A stretch of DNA of 63,764 bases, filler included, from Gonapodya sp. JEL0774 (Eukaryota), in NCBI GenBank assembly GCA_027604505.1. It is 3 parts of 3 records of this genome, joined end to end, with 100 filler letters (N's around TTAATTAATTAA, not from the genome) between each part and the next. Parts side by side here need not be neighbours in the genome. Positions count along the whole stretch, not along the records: positions 1 to 21,503 come from JADIIX010000244.1; 2 more parts are not named here. One strand, 5' to 3'. This document shows positions 1-11,500 of the stretch, piece by piece (the first letter of the stretch is position 1; each line of letters opens with the position of its first letter). The notes beneath the pieces are model-generated. The model did not search any database, was not told where the DNA came from, and worked only from the letters and a program-made list of their open reading frames with translations. The translations under genes were made by a program, and so were the position numbers.

Positions 1-3000
1 CTCGGCGGCGTCGGCAAGACACAGGTTGCACTCGAGTTTGCCCATCGAGTGAAGGACACAGAACGGGACTGCTCGGTCTTCTGGGTACCTGCTCTGAGCA
101 GAGAGAGTTCTGAACAGGCATTCACTCAAATTGGGGAATTATTGGGTATCGGGCGGGATGCGGAGAAACCAAAGGATATGGCGAAAACAGTCCACGATCA
201 TCTCAGCCAGGGAAAGGCTGGCCGCTGGCTTCTGATTGTCGATAACGCCGACGATGATCGCATTCTACGTGATATTGATCCTTTCCTTCCCAAGAATGAC
301 GAAAGCTGCATTTTGTTCACAACGCGCACGCAGACTGTGGCAGTGACAGCAGCACGAAAGGACATTGTACGACTCGACCAAATGGATGAAGTGGAGGCAC
401 GCACTTTCTTTCAAAATGCTCTGATCCGCGGAGAACTTGCTTCAAATGACCCATCTGTTACCGGTGAGCTTTTGAAGGATCTTACATACCTGCCATTGGC
501 GATCACCCAGGCCGCTGCGTACTTGAATACAAACGAGCCCACTACGTGCCAACAGTACATGGATATCCTCAAGCGCACTGAAAAGGATGCCATGGAGCTC
601 CTGAGTGTCAGTTCCAACGTTGGAGATGAACAAAGATCGGACAATGCGGTTGCAACAACTTGGGTGGTATCGTTTAACCGGATCCGTGAGCTCAACTCAA
701 CTGCTGAAAATCTCCTGCTCTTCATTGCTTGCATTGAGTCAAAAGAAATTCCGGAATCCATCTTGCCGGGTGCGGAATCTATTACAGATTTTCGAACTGC
801 GATTGGCGTCTTGGTTGGGTACAATTTTCTATCTGTGTCTCGTCAACAAGAAAACGGAACAAGCGAAGCGTTCTACACAATGCACCGTCTTGTCCATCTA
901 TCGGCCAGACTTTGGCTCAGCAAGAAATCGCGAACAGCGGAAGCGGTTAAAGATGCGTGTCGACATATCTCAAACATTTTCCCAACGCCTGAATGGAAGA
1001 ACCGTGTCCTATGGAGGAAATACTTGTCGCATACTGCGAGTATTCTCAGGATCAGTGAGGGGAAGGAAGTACTGGGGAGATACGACCTACTCCGCAAGCT
1101 GGGGAAGTGTTTGATGGCAGACGGACGATTTGGAGAGGCTGTGCCGTATCTTGAAGAATGCGTGGGTGGGAGCGAAACGTTACCTCAACATCACTTTTCT
1201 GCATCAAAAATGGACACTGTGCACAACCATCCAGCTAAAACATCAAAGTCAAAACAGTGGATTACCAAAATTGGAAGACAGCTCGGAATAACTACCAAGT
1301 CACTATGGACTCCATCTGACCTTGATCTGCGGCAGGAGCTTGCCCTCGCTTATCTTTACAGTGGCCAAGTTGACAGAGCGGCAACGTTGTTACTTTTTGT
1401 TGTCATGGAGCGGAAGCGCACAATGACAGATGGGAATCCCGTGCTCCTGCAGTCCCAACACGAACTCGCTCGTGCCTACCATGTGCAGGGGAAGAAGGAA
1501 GAGGCTCGGAACCTGTTGGAAAAAGTCTTTGCCAAGAGTAAGAATACACTTGAGAGTGACCATGTTGTGCGGCGAGCGATAGAGAGAGAATACCGCAGCT
1601 GGACAATTCGTGAGATTTACTGCAGGTGCTACTTTTATTGTTCGGACTCATGTGAAACACCCTTCTCATTTATTGACCAGTGGGCATGCTTCAAGGAGTG
1701 CATGGAAGCACAGGCACGGTGGTGTGGACCGACGTTCTTCAAGCAAATACCGATGTTGTCGATCTGTCATGTGAGTGGCAGCAATCCAGGGTGATGTCTG
1801 ACTGGGGAACTTGAGGCTCTGCTCACCTCACCTGATTTTGCTGTTATGTGGCATGCATTTGCCAGATAAATCCATTGGGAACGCTGGTGCCTCTATTGTT
1901 GCTAATGCGCTACGAGAAAACAAGACGTGGAGGTTACTCGCTCTTGAATGTGAGTTATTCTCTACAACAGCCGTCTTCCGAGCATGGTACGTAGTTTCCC
2001 AACGCAAGTGTGAGGATGCACCCGACCCGCCTCTTGCCCTGCCAGATGCCCACACAAGTAACACTCGCTCTCCGCACTTGCTTCACAGCTAACGCCATCA
2101 CCGAGCGGGGCGCCGAAGCGCTCACTGAAGGATTAAAATCAAACAGCACTTTGGTGGAGCTTGTTCTGAGCAGTGAGTTCTATGTCATCGGGTGTCTGTG
2201 TCCTCCTCACTCTCTTTGTCCAACTCGCTCCACCCTCCCGTCCCCATGCCATCACACAGCGAACAACGTCGGTGACGCAGGCGCCAGTGCTCTCGCCCAT
2301 GCCCTGGATACCAACAGGACATTGTCGTCTCTTGACCTCCAGGGCGAGTACTGATTCAGAGTGCTACAGCGCCTGCATCCTCACTCCCTCTGTTCGTCCC
2401 ACACGCTCAATCCTTCCGTCCCATACAACAATAAAGAGAACCGCATTGGCGACACAGGTGCCAGTACTCTCGCTGACGCTCTGAAGGTCAACCGGACATT
2501 GACGGCTGTCAAACTTGGGGGTGTGTGCATAGTCCATCCTCCCTCCCTCCCTCCTTTCGTCCCACACACTCAACCCTCCTGTCCCCACGCAATGACACAG
2601 TGAATCGCATTGGTGACGCAGGTGCTGGTGCTCTCGCCGAGGCACTGAAGGTCAATGGGACATTGACGTCTCTTAAGCTTCACAGTGGGTACCGATTCAC
2701 AGTCTCGCAGCGTCTCCGTCCTTCCTCCCTCCCTTCGTGGCACACGCTTAACCCTCCCATCACCATGCAACGACACAGACATCCACATTGGCGATGCCGG
2801 TGCCAGTGCTCTTGCCGAGAGTCTAAAGATCAACGGGACATTGATGACTCTCGACCTCAGTTGTGAGTACTGATTCGCAAATTCACAGCTTGTCTGTCCT
2901 TCCTCCCTCCCTTCGTTTTACACAACCAACCCTCCCGTCCCCACGCCACGACACAGTCAACCGCATCGGCGACGAAGGTGCGAGTGCTCTCGCCGAGGCA

Positions 3001-3395
3001 CTGAAGATTAATGGGACATTGATAACTCTCGACCTCCATGGTGAGTACCGATTCACAGTGTCACAGCGTCTCCGTCCTTCCTCCCTCCCTTCGTCCCACT
3101 CGCTCAACCCTCCTTTGCCCATGCAATGACAAAGGGAACAAAATCGGCGACACAGGTGCCCTTACGCTCGCCGAAGTCTTGACAAGCAACAAGACCTTGA
3201 CCCGTCTCGTCCTCTCTAGTGAGTATCAATCGCAGTGTCACATGTTCTCCTTCCTCCCTCCCACCCACACACTCAATTATCGCTTCCTCATACTACACCA
3301 TAGGGAACTGCATTGAAAAGTCGGGCGTCCGTTCTCTGGAGGCTCTTCAGAGTGCGGAGCGTACAATTAATGTGTCATTCCAGAGAAGGCTCTAA
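1..3395 (+). CDS. NLR paralogue 1 (5' truncated by window edge): NB-ARC, degenerate TPR, linker, 8 RI-type LRRs and a cap
   Basis: Walker A (LGGVGKTQ) at base 1, Walker B (LLIVDNADD), YLPLAI and MHRLVH motifs. Predicted exons: <1..1609, 1681..1770, 1866..1949, 2089..2172, 2260..2343 (GC donor), 2437..2520, 2601..2684, 2779..2862, 2957..3040, 3135..3218, 3304..3395 (TAA). All introns are phase 1 and the frame stays open. Confidence 0.85.
1866..3218 (+). repeat. Tandem exon+intron repeat, mostly ~165-178 bp period, one LRR per unit (8 units)
   Basis: Repeated 84-nt exons encoding NxIGDxGAxALAxALKxNxTLxxLxL, with homologous introns (gtgagtaccgattcacag...ccctcccgtccccatgcaatgacacag). Confidence 0.92.
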
Positions 3396-5476
3396 TATCT
3401 ATTTCTTCATTAATTAAGTGTATTTTCATGTCTGTTGTTATATTAGTACTGTCACCTGCATTTCAATTTGCTCATCAGAGCAGTGCACAAAATGAACAGA
3501 ATACCAGGACAGGCTGTTGTGGTGGTTGGGTTCACTCGAGCAGGCAATGGCAGGCAGTGCCTTCTGCCCTGGCCACGCTTGTTTGGTAATTTGATTGAAT
3601 AGTCTGCACGCAATGCAGAACAACTCTTTGGAATGCATGTCTCAATTACGCTTTGGTACACTACTTCAGCCGTGGGTTGCCCTACTCAAGCCCATCAATG
3701 CAATATTCAAAATGAAACATTCGAGTCCCTATTCTCCAAGGTAGAGTAGACTGAGAGGGCTCACCCCGACATGATGATGTGGTCATTTGCGTTGATTGAG
3801 TTGTGCGTTTCGTACCATTAATTTGGTTTCTCTTTTGGGATGGTGCATCAACTAACATGCAAGAGAATTAATTGACAACGCGATGTGTGATTCTCATGCC
3901 ACTTTGACACTTGGAACGGGCATGGCGTTTTCATTCTTCTTGTGACCATTCAAACACGACAGTTTTCACCCCAAGCCAGAGAACGGACTATCTCCCGTGT
4001 GACGTATGAGAACAAGAGCCGGCTCCAAGCTCGGAATCTGCTTAGTTCTGGGGGCTACGCTGCGCGGTCGCAGTGTGTTGCCCGCGTCTCCGTTTGCTGT
4101 TGGAGCTGGACTCCGCGACCGAAACATCCTCCAGCGGTCAACTTATTTTTAGAAGTGGCATCGGAGATTTGGAGGGGAATCTCGACTGCCGTGTACCGCT
4201 TTTTGGCCGAGCGTGGGAGCAGATGTATGTACGTCGTCGTTGGAAGAAGAATGGGGTATCCGTGAGGTTGTGGTTCAAGTCTTCAATTAGGCGAATGCGG
4301 TGTCTCGCATTCAAGCCACCAAAAATGGTCGACTGTGACATCTTTCCCTTGTATCCTATGTTTGGTTTCCTACGGCATTGCTCTTGGATTCCTATTGCGT
4401 TTCATTCTAGACAGCCACCAGAATGCGCTCCGAACAAGACATCCACCATGACTGATGCTTTGTGGTCCAGTGATATCAATCACGAAACGTGCTCGGTAGA
4501 CGTGGAACGGCAAGGAGGTTGAAGTGACTGAGTTTCGTTGAAACTGACACGAATAAGTGCTATGTATGGAGGCGAATCGACTCTCGATGATATGAAACAA
4601 CGAGAGAAGAAAACATACATCCTGCTTATTTGCAGAGAGATCTCACAAATGGACACCGATGACGATCGATAGTGTGTATGGATCCGCGAACAGCACCGAA
4701 CAGCGCCGCATAGACCGCCGGGGAAGGCCGCTCAAGTTCATGCCTATTCGCTGATGAATCGCGGAATGGTTGGAAGCAATTTTGTAGAATGTCCTCGGAT
4801 AACCATCAAATAAAGCCGGTGCAAATATCATCATTGGAGTTTCTCTTGGTCCCTCCAAACTTGTTGCTCTTCGATTCTGAACCGGGGAGGTCACGGATTC
4901 TCGGCGGCTCAACAGCCTGTGGGTGTTCCAAGTATCGTTGACGCATTTTTTTTCCCGATCATGATGCCCCTCTGAACACGTCTCTGCTCTAGTTTCCCAC
5001 ACACTCGATCACTGTCTCCCACACCCAACACCCCTGTATCCCGTACTCCCTTGTTACGGCAGAAGACATGGGGACGAAAACGAAGAACCCGCACCAAAAA
5101 CAGCAAACATCAAGGCATTCAACCAATCCATTCTCCTCGTAATCCGCTCCACGATCCTCCGTTTCTTCCGCCACGGAGCCGAGGAAAGACGTTTCGGCCT
5201 GAACGGCAGGAATGTTCAATCTGAGCACGGCCAGGCCAAATGCCGGTGAGGCCCAAATGGACCAGTTGAACCTTTGGTCTTCATGGGCTTGTGGGCGAGC
5301 GTGGGCGAGATGGGTGGAGGCTTTCCACGCCGGAAAAGAGCGGTCCATATCGGCCGCACCGGCCAATGTCCACCAGTTGACCCATTGGACGATTGAACCT
5401 TGTGAACCTTTCATGGACTGCTGATGACCCACCCCACGACCACACCTCCACCCCACCCGTCGATCCCCACCCTCAG

Positions 5477-8115
5477 ACCGACCACCTCGACCTGCCCTCT
5501 TGTGTGCACCACCACGGCATGTTCTTCAACCGGTCCTCGTGGTACGACGAGGCCACGAGCGTCACGCAGTGGTGAGTCGAGTCGGTCAGGAAAAAAGTTG
5601 GTAAAGTCGGAGGAGGGGTCGGTCTCACGCACCCCCCCTCAACACTCAAGCCCCCGCGCTTACACCCCCCCATCGCGTGTCTTCGCACCCACCTCCCACC
5701 ACGCTCACGCCCCGCCCTCCCTTTCCCCCTTCGTCAGCGGCATCACCACCAACGCAACCTACACCTACATCGTCGACCCCTCCACGCCGGGCAAGACCGG
5801 CGCCTTCTGGTACCACGGACACACACGTGGGCAGTACGTGGACGGTTTCCGCGCCCCGCTCGTCATCCACCGGAGCGGAGAAAAGGCAAGAAAAGGGCCA
5901 GAGTACCACGACGAGTACGTGGTGGCGGTGTTCGACTGGTACCACGAGGAACATAGGATGTTGCTCGGGCAGCTCTTGGACGAGGCGAATCCACGTACGT
6001 GGCGGCTGGTGTGGCGGTCGAGGGTGTTTGGGGGGTGCGGAAGCGTCCGGTACCCGAGAGAGAGAGGGCACATTCTCATCCGGTACCGGAGAGAAACACA
6101 GCACGTCCTCGTCTCCCGATCACCATCACGTCTCAGTCCACTCCACCTCTTCCCGCCCCCCCCGNNNNNNNNNNGGATCGGTCTCCCACCCCGCAGGTCA
6201 CCGACACTTTCACTATGTCCCTTCCCTTCCCTCTTCCGTTTCTTCCCCCCCCGCCCTCGCCCCCCCCTCCCCCCCCCCCCCCTACCGAAACCCCCTTTCA
6301 AACGCCCCTTCAAACCCCTCACAAACCCCCCAACCCCGCAGGCGGCGCCAAAACCGTCCTCAAATCCGCCGTGGCCCTCGTGGCGCGCGACCTAGCTCCC
6401 GGGGTTGGTTCTTGGAAAATGCCACGATCCCTGTTGTGCCGGGAATGACGTAAATGTTGAGGATCATCAATATGTCGGCGTTGGCGGGGTAGCGCAGGAG
6501 CGGGGGTGGGGTGGGGGTGGTGCGGGTAAATGGGCGGGAGTTGCTCACTGTGTGTCATCTCGTCTCTTTCTGGTTCCGATTCTTGGGCTCCTCGTCGTGT
6601 TGGTTCCCGTATCTTGAATCGTGTCCTCCCGTCTCTCGTGATCAGCAATGTTCTCCATATGGATCGACGGGACAACATTACCGTAATCGAAGGTACGTAC
6701 GTCCGCTTTCTAATCGTCCACCCCCGTCCCTCATCTCCTCTTCCCCCTGCTCACTCCACTCTTCACACTTTCCCTACCCTCACCCCCCTCTAGTCGACGG
6801 TACCAACGTAGAACCGTACCCCATCGACATGGTCACGCTTTTGGTTGGATCAGCGGATCTCGGTATCGGTCAAGAACCAGACGGACACCAATTCGTTGGT
6901 GCGTATGAACTTGGTGCGCACTGGGGGCCGGGGGAACGGGGCAATGGGGAAAGGATGTGAGTTTTTACACTGATTTTTGTGGTTACACAGTCCTGACAAT
7001 TTTGATTTCGTGCCGGACGATGTGCACTTGAGTGAGTGGAACGTGCTCCCCGGCTGACGTGCAGGTACCACAACGATTGTTAGCGTCACTCGCACCATCC
7101 CCCTGCCTTTCCCACCCTTACAGACATCACCACCGCCATCTTCTACAACTCCTCCTTCCCCACCGCCGACAGCACCACCGTCGACGAGGACCTCGAGTTC
7201 CCCGACGCCGGCCTCGTCCCCGTCGATGCCGAAGCCGAAGCCCGGGCCGACGTGTCCATCACCCTGGCGGCCACCTTCGACACGGCCGATGACGGGACCA
7301 ACCGCGCGTTTTTGAACGAGGAGGCCTACGTGATCCCCGTGACGCCAACGCTTTTGACGGCCAGTTTGATGGGGAACTTGGGGGGGGATGCGAGGGTGTA
7401 CGGGCGGACAAGTATCTGTACTGGAATTGGAGCGGAATGTCGAGATGTGAGTGGTTGTATCGCAGGGGGATGTGATGAAGCGACGGCACACGCACCTCAC
7501 ACCTTCAACCCCAAAACAGCGTCGTCCTCAACTTGGACGTCGGTAACCCCTCTTCCACCTCCACGGGCACAAGTTCCAGATGGTGGGCACCACCATGGAC
7601 GTGACCTCAGACGATGTCACGGTGAACCCGCCCGTCCACGAGGGCATCGCCAACCACATGTGGGGAGATATCATCATGATGCCTCCGGGGGGGTCCAGGA
7701 TAATTTGGTTAAGGGCGGATAATCCGGTGGCCTGGCTGTGGGGTTTTGGCGTGAATTGAGGGTCCTTAGGGTCCACCATTCCACCCCCTCCCCGTCCCGT
7801 TACCCCCTTCAGGTTCGACTGCCACGTCAAATGGCACCTCGAGTTCTATCCCCCCACTTCATCGACGCGCCCTCGCCAATCCAGGCGCTGGCCGAAACTG
7901 GCTCAGCACTACCAGGCGCTCGGCGTGTCGGTCGCGGGGAATTCGGGAGAAGACGTTGGTGACGGTGGGTTTTGGGACGTTGGGTTGGGGGACGGTGTGG
8001 TTGAGTACCAAGGTACTAGAAGTGGCGCGGCCCTGGCCATCCAGGCCAAGAAGTGTCCAAGTGGCAGAGGGCGAAGAAAGATGCTCAGTAAAGGACCCGA
8101 GCAGGAGAAGAAGTA
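5477..8115 (+). pseudogene. Fet3-like multicopper oxidase pseudogene, copy A (boundaries approximate)
   Basis: Fragments HHHGMFFN..WYD..SVTQ, FWYHGH..GQYVDGFRAPL, DWYHEEH, IINMSALA, DGTNVEPYPID, FHLHGHKFQ, RADNP and FDCHVKWHLE (His ligand lost). Frameshifts and an internal gap are present. Confidence 0.8.
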
Positions 8116-8512
8116 GAGCGTGTGGGGATGGGGATAGGGTGGGGTGGGTGGTTGGCGTGGGAGGTGGGACTTGGAACGGACGCGTGCGAGCTTTTGTTTC
8201 AGTGATTTATGTAATGTAGATATCACGTGATCTGTAGCACAGAACATTTTGATTCTATTGATGTTGCAGTTCATTGAGAGCGCCGTCCTGCGGTTCCTCT
8301 GGTGCTACGGAGCGGGAAATCCTTCGAGAGCTTCGACACGTTATCAAACTTGCTCATTCACGTTGCGTGTTTGCATCTTATACTTCTTCGTCGGCGTTTA
8401 CTTTTTTGTGAAAATCGTTTCGAGAATTGGGTTCGTCTGCAGATCCCGGCCGGGCTGATCAGTTTTAGCAGCCGGCAACTGGAATCCCTCACAGCCCCCG
8501 TTCTTGAAAACC

Positions 8513-11500
8513 ATGCTGGGCGACACCGCTGATGCCGCGAAATCGACGTTTCCAGATTCAAATGCACGAACGGGGGACATAGCAGTAGCCAAACAGGAGA
8601 TCGGCGGCTCTGCCCGTGTTCACATTGGAAACACCACTATCATCAACAACAATCATCCGACGTAAGTTTCACCATTCGAATTCACAGGGACACACTTCGT
8701 TGAGTCTCACTCATTTGATGTCAGACCTACGATCCCAACAGTGTCTCCAGCAGGTGATGCAGCTCGTCCCTCATCAGCACAGTATTACATTCCATTTCGC
8801 CGGAACAAGCAGTTCGTTGGCCGCGCCAAAACCATCGATGAACTACATCGCAAGTTGTTTCAAGAAAATTGTGGACGCGTCGCTCTAGTGGGACTCGGCG
8901 GCGTCGGCAAGACAGAGGTTGCACTCGAATTTGCCCATCGAGTGAAGGACACGGAACGGGACTGCTCGGTCTTCTGGGTACCTGCTCTGAGCAGAGAGAG
9001 TTTTGAACAGGCTTACACTCGAACTGGGGAATTATTGGGTATCGGACGCGATGCGGGGAAACAGAAGGATATTCTGAAAACAGTCCACGATTATCTGAGC
9101 CAGCAAACGGCTGGTCGATGTCTCCTGATCGTGGATAACGCCGACGATGATCGTATTCTGCGTGACATTGAACCTTTCCTTCCCGAGAGTGACGAAAGCC
9201 GGATCTTGTTCACAACTCGCACACGATCAGTGGCCGTTGCAGCAGCACAAACGCACATTGTGAGGCTCGACCAGATGGATGAAAAGGAGGCAAATTATTT
9301 CTTTCAAACTGCTCTATTTCACAAAGAACTTGCCACAGACGACCTGGTTGTTACCGCTGAGCTCTTGAAGGATCTTACCTACCTTCCCTTGGCGATCAAC
9401 CAGGCCGCTGCGTACTTGAATACAAACGAGCCCACAACGTGCCGACAGTACCTTAACATGTTGCAGGGCAGTGAGAAGTATGCCATTGCGCTCCTGAGTG
9501 ACAGCACGGGTATTGCAGCTTATCACAGATCGGACAATGCAGTTGCAACGACATGGCTGGTGTCATTCAACAGGATTCGCGAACTCGATTCCACTGCGGA
9601 AGCCATTCTGCTATTCATGGCTTGCATTGAGTCGAAGGAAATTCCGGAATCTATCTTGCCGGGTGAAAGAACTAGTCCAGCTTTTCGAAGTGCGATTGGC
9701 ATATTGGTTGGCTACGCATTTCTGTCACTGTCACATCAACAAGTAAATGGAACCAGCGATGTGGTTTACATAATGCACCGTCTTGTCCATCTGTCGGCCA
9801 AGCTTTGGCTCAGCAAGGAATTGCGAACAATGGACGTCGTTAAGAATGCGTGTCAACACATGTCGAACATTTTCCCAACACCTGAATGGAAGAATCGTGA
9901 CATTTGGAGGAAGTACTTACCGCACACTGTAAATCTTCTCGGGATTGGGGAGGGGAAGGAACTTGTTGAGCGATATGACCTGTGCCACAAACTGGCGAAG
10001 TGTATGATGGTGGATGGAAAATTTGAAGACGCTGTACCATATCTCGAAGAATGTGCTGGTAGGAAGCAGAAACTGGACACATCGCAACATGATCACCTCT
10101 ACCGCTCGATGTCAGAACTGTGGTTCAATCATATCGGCAGACAATTGAGAAACTTCACTCAAACATTTTGGAGCACACCTAACCAGTCTACTGAACGACA
10201 GTGGACGGCATCTGACCTTGATCTTCGGCAGGAGCTCGCCCTTGCTTATCTATACAGTGACCAATTTGACAAGGCGGAAGACTTGTTACTTTTTGTTATC
10301 ACAGAGAAGAAGCGCACTATGAAAGATGGGAATCTCTCGCTCCTGCAGTCCCAACACGAACTCGCTCGTGCCTACCATCTGCAGGGGAAGAGGGAAGTGG
10401 CCTGGAACCTGCTGGCACAGGTCCTTGACAACAGCAAGAATACGCTTGCGAGTTGCCATGTTGTGCTGCAAGCAATACACAAAGATTATTGGAACTGGTG
10501 GGATTGTGAGATGTGCTGCATGTGCTACTTTTCTTGTTCGTACTCATGTGACACTGCCTTATCAATTATTGACGAACAGACAGTGGTATAAGCACACACA
10601 CGGTGGTGTGGACTGACGTCCTGAAAACGAACGTGGATGTTGTCGATTTGTCAGGTGAGCGGCAACAAACCAGGGTGATGTTTGACTGTGGCAATGGAGG
10701 TGCTGCTCACCTTCCATGACTTAACTGCTACACGCCGTGCATTTACAAGATGGATCCATTGGGGATGCTGGTGCCTCAGTTGTTGCTAATGCACTACGAT
10801 ATAACAAAATGTGGAGAGTACTAAATCTCAGATGTGAGTTACTGTCTACAACAGCTGTCCTGGGAGCATGGTACGCTGTCCCCAGGCAGATGTGTCCAGA
10901 TATGGGCTAGCGCCCCATCTGCCTCTCACCCTGCCACATGCCCTCAAATGTAACGCTCGCTTGCCCGCCCTCGCTTCACAGCAAACTCCATTACTGAGCA
11001 AGGCGCCGAGGTGCTCACTGAGGGATTGAAATTAAACAGCACTTTGGTGGAGCTTGTTCTGAGCAGTGCGTTGTACGTCATGGGGTGTCCGTGTCCTCCG
11101 TCACTCCCTTCTTCCAACACGCTCCACCCTCCTGTCCTCACGCCACAACACAGAGAACTTCATTGGCAATGTTGGTGCCAGTGCTCTCGCGGAGGCTCTG
11201 AACATCAACACGACGTTGACATCTCTGGACCTCAGGGGTGAGTAGCGATTCACAAGTGACAGCGACTCCGTCCTCCCTCCCTCCTCGACGCTCAACACTC
11301 GCCCCACACCACACCACAGACAACAGCATCAATGAAACAGGTGCAAGTGCTCTCGCCGAAGCCTTGACAAGCAACAAGACCTTGATGGTCATCGACCTCT
11401 CTTGTGAGCCGTGTCACAGCATCTCAGTCCTCACTCCCTCACTTTGTCCCACACGCTCCACCCTTCCATCCCCATGTAACAACAAAGCAAACCACATTGG

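Noticed and set aside
1610..1794. Cys-rich C-terminal tail of the NB-ARC ORFs (CRCYFYCSDSC / CEMCCMCYFSCS), resembling a metal-binding domain
   Set aside because: It is read-through into an intron: a conserved gtgaga donor precedes it in all three copies, and the conserved coding frame resumes in the linker exon.
1866..3218. Regularly spaced repeats superficially like a CRISPR array or satellite
   Set aside because: The units are coding LRR exons plus introns with splice sites; there are no unique spacers or cas genes.
4900..5450. Possible divergent Ftr1 iron permease partner upstream of the Fet3-like gene
   Set aside because: No REXXE motif or multi-TM ORF could be found.
6150..6400. Poly-C/poly-G tracts and Pro-rich ORFs near gaps (also 15240-15350)
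   Set aside because: Low-complexity, low-quality sequence flanking N runs.
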